DNA of 43,901 nt from Thermoanaerobaculia bacterium (GCA_038329555.1 JBBQNC010000003.1:1-43901); one strand, 5' to 3'; positions 18,980-28,913 are shown, counted from the first letter of the stretch. Notes: generated by a model not told the origin, from the letters alone. Translations and numbers: made by a program.

Positions 18980-20302
18980 CTACTCGCGGGCGGAGAACCG
19001 CCGGAAATCGTAGGCTCGGAGCACGGGCGCGGCCGCCGCGACGGCCCCGGCGATCACGACCGTGGCGAGTCCGCCCGAGACCACGGCGACCGTGACCCCG
19101 AGGGCCGCCGTCGAAAAGAGGGAGGCGACGTAGCCCGCCTCGAGCTCACCGAGCTGCGGTCCGCACAGGAAGAAGATCATGTTGACGGACGTCATGCGCC
19201 CGCGCAGCGCGTCGGGCGTCGCGAGCTGGCGCAGCGTCTGCCGGATGACCGTCGAGATCGCGTCGGCCGCGCCGGTGGCCGCCAACGCGAACAGCGTCAG
19301 GAGGAAGTTCCGCGACAGGCCGAAGACGACGGTCGCCGCGCCGTACGCCGCGACGGCCCAGAGGAAGATGCGTCCCTGCCGGGCTGGAAGAGGACGGATC
19401 GAGAGGAAGAGGGAGCCGACGAGAGCGCCGACCGCCGGCGCGGAGACGAGGAAGCCGTACCCCGTCGCGCCGACCTTCAGCACCTGGTCCGCGAAGATCG
19501 GAAGCAGGGTCATGGCGCCGGCGAAGAAGGTCGCGAAAAAGTCGACGGCCATCGTCCAGACGATGAGCGGCGTGCGGAAGACGAAGCGGAGCCCTTCGCG
19601 CAGCGCGGCGATCGGGTGTCCGTGCCCGCCCTCTCGCGCCGCCGGCTTTCCCGACGCGCGCATCGTGACCAGAGCCCAGATGACGGCGATGAAGGACGCC
19701 GCGTTGATCAGATAGATCCAGGCGAGGCCTCCGGTCTGCGCGCCTCCGGCCACGGTGCGCGCCGCATCGCGGGCCGCCTCGCCCGGGACGAGCGAGTGGC
19801 CCGCGATGATCCAGCCGGCGAGCGCGGGCCCGGCGATCTGTCCCGCCGTGAAGACGGAGAGGATGATCGAGAGCGCGCCCGGCAGGTCCTCGTGCGGGAC
19901 CAGGCGCGGGATGAGCGCCTGTCTCGCCGGAGCGTCGAACGCACCGGCGCCCGCGGAACAGGCCGTCATGGCATAGAGCAGCCACAGCGACTCGCGTCCC
20001 GTGAAGGTGAAGATCGCGAGCATTGCGGCGACGAGCCCCATGAATGTCTGGGTGACCACCATGAGCCGGCGCCGGTCGAGCCGGTCCGCGAGAACACCTC
20101 CGGCCAGCGAGAAGGCCACGATGGGAACGACCCGGGCGAGGCCGACCAGGCCGAGCGCGAGGGGAGAGCGCGTGAGGAGATACACGTGCCAGTGGATCGC
20201 GACGCTCTGCATCTGCGAGCCGATGCCGGAGACGAGGTACGCGGCGGCGAGGCGCCGGTAGTCCCGATGGCGAAGGGCGAGAAAGGGTGCGCGGGAGGGC
20301 AA
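18980..20302 (-). CDS. MFS transporter (EntS/DHA3-like)
   Basis: Motif A GVLADRLDRRRL, ALIPRLV, LRGRMTSV, about 12 TM segments. Confidence 0.9.
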   Translation of the reverse strand: MPSRAPFLALRHRDYRRLAAAYLVSGIGSQMQSVAIHWHVYLLTRSPLALGLVGLARVVPIVAFSLAGGVLADRLDRRRLMVVTQTFMGLVAAMLAIFTFTGRESLWLLYAMTACSAGAGAFDAPARQALIPRLVPHEDLPGALSIILSVFTAGQIAGPALAGWIIAGHSLVPGEAARDAARTVAGGAQTGGLAWIYLINAASFIAVIWALVTMRASGKPAAREGGHGHPIAALREGLRFVFRTPLIVWTMAVDFFATFFAGAMTLLPIFADQVLKVGATGYGFLVSAPAVGALVGSLFLSIRPLPARQGRIFLWAVAAYGAATVVFGLSRNFLLTLFALAATGAADAISTVIRQTLRQLATPDALRGRMTSVNMIFFLCGPQLGELEAGYVASLFSTAALGVTVAVVSGGLATVVIAGAVAAAAPVLRAYDFRRFSARE

Positions 20303-20412
20303 TGGAATGGTTCGGCGGCCGTCTCGTTCCGAGGCCGCCGAGTCTAAGCTCAGAACCCCCGTTTTGCCCGAAAACGCCCCAGGAATAGACTTCCGGCCTG
20401 GGAGATTAGGAG

Positions 20413-20426
20413 ACTGACCGGTCAGT
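20413..20426. promoter_or_regulatory. Putative TetR operator
   Basis: Perfect 14-bp palindrome ACTGACCGGTCAGT, 10 bp upstream of the tetR ATG in a divergent intergenic region. Confidence 0.7.
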
Positions 20427-20436
20427 ACCGGAATCC

Positions 20437-21018
20437 ATGGCCAGAATCAAGACGTTCAGGAAGCAGAACGAGATCCTCGAAGCCGCCTCCCGGATCTTCT
20501 CCGAGCGGGAGTTTCATCACGTGCTGATCGACGACGTCGCCGCGGCGGCGGGGGTCGGCAAGGGGACCATCTACCGGTACTTCGAGACCAAGGAGGAGCT
20601 CTTCTTCGCGACGATCCTCTACGGCTTCGACGGCCTGTACGAGATCCTGACGACGACGCTGCCGGAGGAGCAGTCACCCGTGCGGCGCCTCGAGCGGATC
20701 GCCCGGGAGATGCTTCGCTTCCTCTGGACCCGGCGATACCTGACGACGCTGCTCCAGAACGACGAACGGCGCGTGGCCTCGCGCGAGGAGGAGCTCCAGA
20801 AACGGCGGGATCTGCTCTCTCGTCTGGTCCAGGAGTGTCTTCTCGCGGGGATCGAACGGAGGGAGTTCCGCGGCATCGATGTCCGCATCGGCTCGGAGCT
20901 TTTCCGCGGAATGATCCGGGCGGCGAGCAGCTATCGCCGCGAGGAGGATACTTTGGACGAGCTCGTCGAGTCGATCGTCGGCATCTTCGTCCACGGCATC
21001 GCGAAAGAAAGCGTGTGA
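20437..21018 (+). CDS. TetR/AcrR family transcriptional regulator
   Basis: HTH ILEAASRIF...DDVAAAAGVGKGTIYRYFETKEELF. Confidence 0.93.
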   Translation: MARIKTFRKQNEILEAASRIFSEREFHHVLIDDVAAAAGVGKGTIYRYFETKEELFFATILYGFDGLYEILTTTLPEEQSPVRRLERIAREMLRFLWTRRYLTTLLQNDERRVASREEELQKRRDLLSRLVQECLLAGIERREFRGIDVRIGSELFRGMIRAASSYRREEDTLDELVESIVGIFVHGIAKESV

Positions 21019-22451
21019 GGAAGTCGCTCCGGGCCGCGCCGTGTCTCCTGTCGCTCCTTCTGGCGGGAGCGTGCGCGAGCTCGGTGGACCGGGCGGTCGC
21101 TCCCGCTCCCGGGCGCGTCTGGTCGCCGCCGCCGGAAGCGCAACCGACGCCGAAGCCCGCCGAGAAGCCGGACGTTCCGGAGAGCTACCTCGCTCCGGGG
21201 ACGAGGCTGTCGCTCCCCCAGATCCTGGAGATCGCGCTACGCAACAACCCCTCGACTCGCGTCGCCTGGCACGACGCCCGGGCTGCGGCCGCGGAGGTCG
21301 GCGTCCGCCGCTCCTTCTACTATCCGTCGCTCGAGCTCGACGCGCAGATCGGTCGGGCGAAGCAGGCCTCGGTCGGCGGCCAGTTCGTGACGCTGCAGAC
21401 GAGCTACGGTCCGACGCTCTCCATGTCGTGGCTCCTGCTCGACCTCGGCGGCCGTGCCGCGGACGTCGCCGAGGCGCAACACCTCCTCTTCGCGGCGGAC
21501 TGGACGCACAACGCGTCCATCCAGGACCTGCTGCTGCGGGTCGAGGACGCCTACTACCGGTATCTCGCGGCGAAATCGCTGATCGTCGCGCAGGAGGCGA
21601 ACCTGAAGCAGGCACGCGAGAGCCGCGCCGCCGCCGAGGCGCGGCACAACGCGGGCCTCGCGACGATCGGGGACGTCCTGCAGCTGCGCACCGCGGCGTC
21701 GCAGGCGGAGCTCGATCTCGAGACGGTGCAGGGGACCCTCCAGACGATTCGCGGGGCCCTCGCGACCGCGGTCGGCGTGTCGCCGGACGTGCCCGTCGAG
21801 CTCGGCGACCTGCCGGAGAACGTCGACATGAACGCGGCGTCGGAGGCGGTCGACCAGCTGATCCGCGAGGCGGAGCTCAAGAGGCCGGATCTCGCCGCGG
21901 CCCGTTCCCGCGCGGAGGCCGCCACGCGGCACATTCGCTCGGTGCAGTCGTCCGGGCTGCCGACGCTCGGCGCGACGGGCAGCCTGAACCGCAACTACTA
22001 CTACAACAGCGCCGGCGCGCCCTATTCGAACAACTACGCGGGCGCTCTGCTCTTTCGATTTCCCGTCTTCATGGGATTCAACCGGACGTACGAGACGTTG
22101 AAGGCGAGGGAGGAGGCGGAATCGGCCATCGCGACGGCCGACTCGCTCCAGGACCAGGTGAACCTGCAGGTATGGACCAGCTACTACAACGTGAAGACGG
22201 CCTCCCAGAGGGTCCGGACTTCCCGGGACCTCCTGGCGTCCGCCTCGCAGTCGCAGGACGTGGCGCTCGGGCGCTACAAGGCGGGAGTCGGCAACATTCT
22301 GGACGTCCTGACCGCGCAGACCGCGTTCGCCAGCGCGCGCGCTCAGGAGGTCCAGGCGCGATCGGACTGGTTCGTCGCGGTGGCGCAGCTGGCGCACGAC
22401 ACGGGCTCTCTCGAGCCTCCGGCGTCCGGCGGAAACGAGGGATCTCGATGA
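21015..22451 (+). CDS. TolC-family outer membrane efflux lipoprotein
   Basis: Lipobox LAGAC, ALRNNP, RYKAGVGNILDVLTAQ. GTG start overlaps the tetR stop. Confidence 0.9.
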   Translation: MRKSLRAAPCLLSLLLAGACASSVDRAVAPAPGRVWSPPPEAQPTPKPAEKPDVPESYLAPGTRLSLPQILEIALRNNPSTRVAWHDARAAAAEVGVRRSFYYPSLELDAQIGRAKQASVGGQFVTLQTSYGPTLSMSWLLLDLGGRAADVAEAQHLLFAADWTHNASIQDLLLRVEDAYYRYLAAKSLIVAQEANLKQARESRAAAEARHNAGLATIGDVLQLRTAASQAELDLETVQGTLQTIRGALATAVGVSPDVPVELGDLPENVDMNAASEAVDQLIREAELKRPDLAAARSRAEAATRHIRSVQSSGLPTLGATGSLNRNYYYNSAGAPYSNNYAGALLFRFPVFMGFNRTYETLKAREEAESAIATADSLQDQVNLQVWTSYYNVKTASQRVRTSRDLLASASQSQDVALGRYKAGVGNILDVLTAQTAFASARAQEVQARSDWFVAVAQLAHDTGSLEPPASGGNEGSR

Positions 22452-23611
22452 GAACCGGCGAAATCGGACGGCGGGTGGCGGCGATCCTCTTCGCGACCCT
22501 GGCGGCGGGGGCTGCGGCGTGCGCGAAAAAAGATCCGCGGGCGGGGATGGCGCCGGAGGCCGTTCCCGTCGTGGTCGGCACCGTCGCGCAGAGGCCCGTT
22601 CCTCTCGAAGTGCGCGCGATCGGCCACGTCGAGGCCCTCTCGAGCGTCCAGGTGAAGGCACGCGTCGGCGGGCAACTGACGCGCGTCACCTTCCGCGAGG
22701 GCCAGGACGTGAAGAAGGGCGACGTGCTCTTCGTCCTCGACCCGCGTCCCTTCCAGGCGGCGCTGTCCGAGGCCCAGGCGAATCTGACCCGCGACCGCGC
22801 GCGGGCGAAGAATTCCGAGGCCGACGCCAGACGGTACGCGGTCCTGATCTCGAAGGACTACGTCACGCAGCAGGAGTACGACCTGGTCCGCTCGACCGCG
22901 GCCGCCGCGGAGGCGACCGTCCAGGCTGATCTCGCCCAGGTCGAGAACGCCCGCCTGAACCTCGAGTACTGCACGATCACCGCGCCGCTCTCGGGCCGGA
23001 CCGGCAGCCTGCAGGTGCAGGCGGGAAACATCGTCAAGGCGAACGACGACAAGCCGCTCGTCGTGATCAACCAGATCCAGCCCATCTACGCGACGTTCAC
23101 CGTTCCCGAATCGACGCTCGGCCAGGTTCAGGCCCAGGCCGCGGGCGGACGGAAGCTCCAGGTCGTGGCGACGCCGTCCGACCACACGGCGCCGCCGCAG
23201 TCCGGCGTCCTCTTCTTCGTCGACAACGCCGTCGACCCCCAGACGGGAACGATCGTGCTGAAGGCCCAGTTCGACAACCGCAACGAGACCCTATGGCCGG
23301 GGCAGTTCGTGGACGTGGTGCTCGGGCTCTCGGTCGATTCGAACGCGATCGTCGTTCCGTCGCAGGCGGTTCAGACGGGGCAGACGGGGCAGTTCGTCTT
23401 CGTCGTGAAGTCGGATCTCACCGTCGAATCGCGCCCGGTCACCGTGGCGCGGACGGCGGGGCCCGATGCCGTCATCTCGAAGGGTCTTCGCGCGGGTGAG
23501 CGCGTCGTCACGGACGGCCAGCTGCGGCTGGCACCCGGGACGAAGATCGAGATCAAGAGCGAGGCCCGGCCCGCGGGGCCCGGCGTCGCGGGCGGGGAGG
23601 TGCGGTCGTGA
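22448..23611 (+). CDS. RND efflux periplasmic adaptor (MdtA-like)
   Basis: VKARVGGQL, VKKGDVLFVLDPRPFQ, ITAPLSGRTG, DNAVDPQTGT, LWPGQFV. Confidence 0.92.
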   Translation: MRTGEIGRRVAAILFATLAAGAAACAKKDPRAGMAPEAVPVVVGTVAQRPVPLEVRAIGHVEALSSVQVKARVGGQLTRVTFREGQDVKKGDVLFVLDPRPFQAALSEAQANLTRDRARAKNSEADARRYAVLISKDYVTQQEYDLVRSTAAAAEATVQADLAQVENARLNLEYCTITAPLSGRTGSLQVQAGNIVKANDDKPLVVINQIQPIYATFTVPESTLGQVQAQAAGGRKLQVVATPSDHTAPPQSGVLFFVDNAVDPQTGTIVLKAQFDNRNETLWPGQFVDVVLGLSVDSNAIVVPSQAVQTGQTGQFVFVVKSDLTVESRPVTVARTAGPDAVISKGLRAGERVVTDGQLRLAPGTKIEIKSEARPAGPGVAGGEVRS

Positions 23612-26600
23612 ACGTCGCCGAGATCTTCATCCGAAGGCCGGTCATGACGACGCTCGTCATGCTCGGCATCCTGCTCTTCGGCGTCATGGGCTACCGCCTG
23701 CTGCCGATCAGCGATCTTCCGAACGTCGACTTTCCGACGATCCAGGTCACGGCGAGCCTTCCCGGCGCGTCTCCGGAGACGATGGCCTCCGCGGTCGCAA
23801 CGCCGCTCGAGCGTCAGTTCTCGACGATCGCGGGCCTCGATTCGATGAACTCGACGAACATCCAGGGCGCGACGAACATCACGCTGCAGTTCAACCTGAG
23901 CCGGAACCTCGACTCGGCGGCGCAGGACGTCCAGTCGGCGATCGCCGTGGCCGGCCGTCAGCTGCCTCCCTCGATGCCGAGCCCGCCGTCGTACCAGAAG
24001 GTCAACCCGGCCGACCAGCCGATCCTGTACCTGACGCTGACGTCGCCGACGCTTCCGCTCTCCCAGATCGACGAGTTCGGCGAGACGATGATGGCGCAGC
24101 GGATCTCCACCATCTCGGGGGTCGCGCAGGTCCAGGTCTACGGCTCGCAGAAGTACGCCGTGCGCATCCAGCTCGATCCGCGGGCCCTCGCGACGCGCGG
24201 CATCGGGATCGACGAGGTCTCGAGCGCCGTGCAGAGCGCGAACGTCAATCTCCCGACGGGGACTCTCTACGGCCGGCATCAGGCGTTCACGGTGCAGGCG
24301 AACGGCCAGCTGACGGACGCTCCGGCATACCGGCCCCTGGTCGTCGCCTACCGCAACGGAGCACCGGTGCGCCTGGAGCAGCTCGGCCGGGTCATCGACA
24401 GCGTCGAGAACGACAAGATCGCGGCGTGGTTCATCGACCAGCGCGCGATCATCCTCGCGATCCAGCGGCAGCCGGGGACGAACACGGTCGAGGTCGCGAG
24501 CGCCGTGCGCCGGCTCCTGCCGACTTTCCAGAAGCAGCTGCCCGCTTCGGTGAAGCTGCGCGTGCTGTTCGACCGCTCCGAGTCGATCCGCGCGTCGGTC
24601 AACGACGTCAAGTTCACGCTCGTGTTGACGCTCGGGCTCGTCATCCTCGTGATCTTCCTCTTCCTGCGCAACGCGTCGGCGACGATCATCCCGAGCCTCG
24701 CGTTGCCCATCTCGATCGTCGGGACGTTCGCCGCGCTCTACGTCCTGGGCTACAGCCTCGACAACCTCTCGCTGATGGCTCTGACGCTCTCGGTCGGCTT
24801 CGTCGTCGACGACGCGATCGTCATGCTCGAGAATATCGTCCGGCACATAGAGATGGGAGAAAACGTCTGGGACGCGGCGCTCAAGGGCTCCCGCGAGATC
24901 GGGTTCACGATCATCTCGATGACGCTCTCGCTCGCCGCCGTGTTCATCCCGGTCCTCTTCATGGGCGGGATCATCGGGCGGCTGTTTCACGAGTTCGCGA
25001 TCACGATCGGCGTCGCGATCCTGGTCTCGGGATTCGTTTCGCTCACGCTGACGCCGATGCTCTGCAGCCGCTTTCTCAAGGCCGAGTCTCACGAGAAGAA
25101 GCAGCACGGGCGCTTCTACAACGCGCTCGAGAGCTTTTTCGACGGGATGCTGGGCCTCTACGAGAGGACCCTGAAGCTCGCGCTCGCGCACAAGGGATTC
25201 ATGATGCTGGTGTCGGCCGCGATCCTGCTGGCGACGGCTTTCCTCTTCGTGAAGGTCCCGAAGGGCTTCCTGCCGAGCGAAGACCTCGGCATGGTGTTCG
25301 GCTTCACGGAAGCCGCGCAGGGCATCTCCGTCCAGTCGATGTCGGAGCACCAGCAGGCGCTCGCCGCCGTGGTCCAGAAGGATCCGAACGTTGAGGGCTT
25401 CATGTCGAGCTTCGGCCCCCGGGGAGGCTCCGCCGGCAACTCGGGAACGATCTTCATGCACCTGAAGCCGCGCTCGAAGCGCAAGCTGTCCGCGGACGAG
25501 GTCATCCAGGAGCTCCGCCCCAAGCTCGCGAGGGTCCCGGGCATCCGGGTCTTCCTGCAGAATCCGCCTCCGATCCGGATCGGCGGGAGCCTGACCAAGA
25601 GCCAATATCAGTTCACCCTGCAGGACGCCGACACCGCCCAGCTCTACAAGTACGCACCGGTTCTCGAGGCGAAGATGCGCGAGCTGCCCGGGTTCCAGGA
25701 CGTCACGAGCGATCTCCAGCTGAAGAACCCGCAGGCCTCGATCGACATCGACCGCGACAAGACGGCTTCCTTCGGCGTGACGCCGCAGGCGATCGAGGAG
25801 GCGCTGTACACGGCTTACGGCTCGCGCCAGATCTCGACGATCTACGCGCCGAACAACGAGTACCAGGTGATCATGGAGCTGATGCCGCAGTTCCAGTCGG
25901 ACCCGGCGGCGCTCTCGATGCTTCACGTCCGATCCGCCAGGGGCGACCTCGTGCCGATCGATGCCCTCGCGACCGTGAAGCAGAGCGTGGGCCCCCTCGC
26001 CGTGACCCATTCGGGGCAGCTGCCCTCCGTCACGCTGTCCTTCAACCTGCGCCCCGGCGTGGCGCTCGGCGACGCCGTCGCGGGCGTCCAGCGGGCCGCG
26101 CGAACGACGCTGCCCGCGACGATGCAGACGACCTTCCAGGGAACGGCGCAGGCCTTCCAGTCCTCGCTGCAGGGGCTCGGCCTGCTGCTCCTCATGGCCG
26201 TGCTGGTGATCTACATGGTGCTCGGAATCCTGTACGAGAGCTTCATCCACCCCCTGACGATCCTCTCGGCGCTGCCGTTCGCCGGATTCGGAGCGCTCGT
26301 GACGCTTCTCATCTTCCGCGTGGACCTCTCGATCTACGCGTTCGTCGGCATCATCATGCTGGTCGGCCTCGTTAAGAAGAACGGGATCATGATGATCGAC
26401 TTCGCCATCGAGGCGCACAAGGCGGGAAAGAGCGCCGAGGAGTCGATCTACGAGGCGTGCATCGTGCGTTTCCGCCCGATCATGATGACGACGGTCGCCG
26501 CGCTGATGGGAACGCTTCCGATCGCCATGGGGCTCGGAACGGGCGCCGAGTCGCGCCGGCCGCTCGGTCTCGCCGTCGTCGGCGGGCTCCTGTTCTCCCA

Positions 26601-26802
26601 GATCCTGACCCTCTACGTGACGCCGATCGTCTACGTCTACATGGAGCGCTTCCAGGAGTGGATCAACGGCCGGCGCAAGAAGGGATCCCCGCGGCCGGCG
26701 CCCGAGGCCCGCGGCGAGCAGCCGCAGGACCGCGACGATCGAGTTCCCGCGACCGCCGCGATGAAGCTCGGCGAGGCTCCCGTCGCCGAGCCGGGAGTCT
26801 AG
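23608..26802 (+). CDS. RND efflux permease (MdtB/MdtC-like)
   Basis: FIRRPVMT, VATPLERQF, GFVVDDAIVMLENI, VKKNGIMMIDFA, RFRPIMMT. Confidence 0.95.
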   Translation: MNVAEIFIRRPVMTTLVMLGILLFGVMGYRLLPISDLPNVDFPTIQVTASLPGASPETMASAVATPLERQFSTIAGLDSMNSTNIQGATNITLQFNLSRNLDSAAQDVQSAIAVAGRQLPPSMPSPPSYQKVNPADQPILYLTLTSPTLPLSQIDEFGETMMAQRISTISGVAQVQVYGSQKYAVRIQLDPRALATRGIGIDEVSSAVQSANVNLPTGTLYGRHQAFTVQANGQLTDAPAYRPLVVAYRNGAPVRLEQLGRVIDSVENDKIAAWFIDQRAIILAIQRQPGTNTVEVASAVRRLLPTFQKQLPASVKLRVLFDRSESIRASVNDVKFTLVLTLGLVILVIFLFLRNASATIIPSLALPISIVGTFAALYVLGYSLDNLSLMALTLSVGFVVDDAIVMLENIVRHIEMGENVWDAALKGSREIGFTIISMTLSLAAVFIPVLFMGGIIGRLFHEFAITIGVAILVSGFVSLTLTPMLCSRFLKAESHEKKQHGRFYNALESFFDGMLGLYERTLKLALAHKGFMMLVSAAILLATAFLFVKVPKGFLPSEDLGMVFGFTEAAQGISVQSMSEHQQALAAVVQKDPNVEGFMSSFGPRGGSAGNSGTIFMHLKPRSKRKLSADEVIQELRPKLARVPGIRVFLQNPPPIRIGGSLTKSQYQFTLQDADTAQLYKYAPVLEAKMRELPGFQDVTSDLQLKNPQASIDIDRDKTASFGVTPQAIEEALYTAYGSRQISTIYAPNNEYQVIMELMPQFQSDPAALSMLHVRSARGDLVPIDALATVKQSVGPLAVTHSGQLPSVTLSFNLRPGVALGDAVAGVQRAARTTLPATMQTTFQGTAQAFQSSLQGLGLLLLMAVLVIYMVLGILYESFIHPLTILSALPFAGFGALVTLLIFRVDLSIYAFVGIIMLVGLVKKNGIMMIDFAIEAHKAGKSAEESIYEACIVRFRPIMMTTVAALMGTLPIAMGLGTGAESRRPLGLAVVGGLLFSQILTLYVTPIVYVYMERFQEWINGRRKKGSPRPAPEARGEQPQDRDDRVPATAAMKLGEAPVAEPGV

Positions 26803-26834
26803 GCCGGGACCTCCCCGGGGCGGAAGGCCGGCTT

Positions 26835-27430
26835 CTACCGCTTTCGGGACGCGGCGCTGCGGCGCTTCCGGGCGGCTTCGAAATGCCGCACTCCCTCGTC
26901 CACCAGCGCGCGCGCCTTTCTCGGGCCAACCCGGCCCTTCGGTGCGAACCGCTTTCCCTTCGCCTCGTTGTACGAGACGAAGAAGTGCTCGATCTCGCCG
27001 ACGAGATTGTCCGAAACGTCGCCGAGGCTCCGGACGTTCTTGTGCGTTCGCAACTCTTCCGCGACGGCGATCAGCCGGTCGTTGCGCTCCGTCTTCCCGT
27101 CTTCCGTCTGCTCCGCCTGGATGGCGCCGATCAATCGGGCCGCGACGAGGCAGCCGACGAACGCGGGCTCGTCCATCAGCAGCAGGACGTCGACCGGATC
27201 GCCGTCCTCTCCGAGGGTCGAAGGAACGAACCCGAAGTCGAACGGGAAGGACGCGCCCGCCGGAAGGACTCGGAGAGCTTGTAGAGCCCGAGCTCGTCGT
27301 CGAGCTTGAACTTGTTGAGGCTGCCTTTCGGGATATCGACGATCGCGTGGAGGATCCCCTTGTTGCGGTCGAATGCGGGCAGGTCTTCGCCGGAGCGAAG
27401 GGGGCGGGGGTGGCGGGATCTGGAGCTCAT
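26835..27430 (-). pseudogene. ppa: Inorganic pyrophosphatase (family I) with a 1-bp frameshift near 27272
   Basis: N-part IVDIPKGSLNKFKLDDELGLYKLS is in one frame; RVLPAGASFPFDFGFVPSTLGEDGDPVD...ERNDRLIAV...EIEHFFVSYN is in another. One missing C in a CC run would join them. Confidence 0.85.
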
Positions 27431-27442
27431 GCGGCAGGCCGT

Positions 27443-27458
27443 CGCAAGAACGGTTCCA
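27443..27458 (-). promoter_or_regulatory. Sigma54 (-24/-12) promoter for ppa
   Basis: TGGAACCGTTCTTGCG has GG-N10-GC spacing with TTGC; the ATG lies 13 nt after the GC. Confidence 0.6.
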
Positions 27459-27466
27459 GCCAAGCC

Positions 27467-27514
27467 AGAGGTGAGAGGTGAGAGGTGAGAGGTCAGAGGG
27501 AGAGGTTAGAGGGG
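27467..27514 (+). repeat. Heptamer tandem repeat (AGAGGTG)-type, about 7 degenerate copies
   Basis: AGAGGTG x3, AGAGGTC, AGAGGG, AGAGGTT, AGAGGGG. Confidence 0.85.
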
Positions 27515-27563
27515 TCTTTGGCTTGAAAACCGAAAGGGCGGCCGGCTGCGGGAGGAGCGGATA

Positions 27564-27613
27564 CCCCCTCACCCCTCACCCCGGTCCTCCCCCGACCGAG
27601 GAGGAGAGGGGAG
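27564..27613. repeat. REP-like palindromic element (CCCTCACCCC...CTCCCC...GGAGAGGG type)
   Basis: Imperfect hairpin resembling widespread CCCTCACCCCNNCCCTCTCCC-N-GGGAGAGGG extragenic repeats. Confidence 0.55.
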
Positions 27614-27659
27614 AGCTCGAAGGCGGGGATATGATTCGGCCGTTCCTTCAGGTGAGACC

Positions 27660-28913
27660 ATGAGGGCCGCTGCTCTTCCCGCAGACGAGACGACGAGGAT
27701 CCGGGTCCTCCGGGACTACGAGATCCTCGACACGGAGCCCGAGCGAGAATTTGACGATCTGACACTTCTCGCGTCGCATATCTGCGGGACATCCAAGGCG
27801 CTGATCTCGCTCGTCGACGAAGAGCGGCAATGGTTCAAGTCGCGCGTCGGGATCGAGCTCGAGCAGACCCCCCGCGAGGTCGCCTTCTGCGCGCACGCGA
27901 TCCTCGACCGGGAAGTCCTGATCGTTCCGGACGCGAAGGCCGACGATCGGTTCTCCGACAATCCCCTCGTCACCCGGGATCCCGGACTCCGGTTCTACGC
28001 GGGCGCCCCGCTGATCACCCCGGAAGGGCAGGCGCTCGGCACCCTCTGCGTGATGGACGCCGCGCCGCGCGATCTGAGCCCGGCGCAGACGAACGCGCTG
28101 CGCGCGCTCGCCCGTCAGGTGGTCGCCCAGCTCGAACTGCGGCGCCGCTTGAAACAGGAGCGCGAGGTTTCGGACGCGGCGATCGAGGAGCAGGCGAGGG
28201 CCCTGAAGCTCTTCGCCGGCGAGCTGCCCGTGGTCCTCTGGTCGACCGATCGCGACCTGAAGCTGACATCCTCGATGGGCCGGGCGTTGGGCGAGATGGG
28301 GGAGCGGGCGAACCAGTATGCGGGCGTCTCCCTCTCGGAGTATTTCCACACGGACGACCCGGGGTTCCTGCCGCTCGTGGCGCATCGGAAGGCGCTCCTC
28401 GGCGAGTCCGTGGACTTCGAGGTGGACTGGTCCGGCCGCACGTTCGCATGTCACGTCGTGCCGGTCCGCGAGCCGGATCGGACGATCAAGGGCGTCCTCG
28501 GCGTGGCCCTCGACATAACCCGGCAGAAGCGCGCGGAGAGCGATCTGCGAACGTCCCTCGCGCTCCTCCAGGCGACGCTCGATTCGACGGGCGACGGGAT
28601 TCTGGTCGTCGACGAGCGGGGGCGCATCTCGAACTTCAACCGGAGCTTCGTCGAGATGTGGCGGGTTCCCGAGGCGGTCGCCGCCGTCCGCGAAGGCAAC
28701 GAGCTGCTCGGGTATCTCCTCGACCAGGTCCGGGATCCCGGAGCGTTCGCGAAGCGGCTCATGGGCCTGCACCCGAAGAGCGACATCGCTCAGACGGACC
28801 GCGTCGAGCTCAAGGACGGCCGGGTGTTCTCCCGATCCTCCCGCCCCCAGAACGTGGGTGGGCGGCCCGTGGGAACCGTGTGGACCTTTCGGGAAGCGGC
28901 CGCTCCGAGCTGA
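27660..28913 (+). CDS. GAF-PAS-PAS sensory protein without an output domain
   Basis: GAF (YEILDTEPEREFDDLT...ISLVDEERQWFKS..FCAHAI..RFYAGAPL), PAS ending GVALDIT, second PAS ending VWTFRE, then stop. Confidence 0.88.
   Translation: MRAAALPADETTRIRVLRDYEILDTEPEREFDDLTLLASHICGTSKALISLVDEERQWFKSRVGIELEQTPREVAFCAHAILDREVLIVPDAKADDRFSDNPLVTRDPGLRFYAGAPLITPEGQALGTLCVMDAAPRDLSPAQTNALRALARQVVAQLELRRRLKQEREVSDAAIEEQARALKLFAGELPVVLWSTDRDLKLTSSMGRALGEMGERANQYAGVSLSEYFHTDDPGFLPLVAHRKALLGESVDFEVDWSGRTFACHVVPVREPDRTIKGVLGVALDITRQKRAESDLRTSLALLQATLDSTGDGILVVDERGRISNFNRSFVEMWRVPEAVAAVREGNELLGYLLDQVRDPGAFAKRLMGLHPKSDIAQTDRVELKDGRVFSRSSRPQNVGGRPVGTVWTFREAAAPS

Noticed and set aside
23371-26418. 1015-aa antisense ORF, and similar long ones at 11799-14219, 14336-17251 and 31668-34538
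   Set aside because: Typical stop-poor shadow frames of high-GC3 genes; Arg/Gly-rich with no recognisable motifs.
27260-27285. Programmed ribosomal frameshift in ppa
   Set aside because: No slippery heptamer or obvious stimulatory structure; a 1-bp deletion or sequencing error is simpler.
27467-27514. Repeat tracts as a possible CRISPR array
   Set aside because: Units are 7 bp with no spacers, and there are no cas genes in the window.
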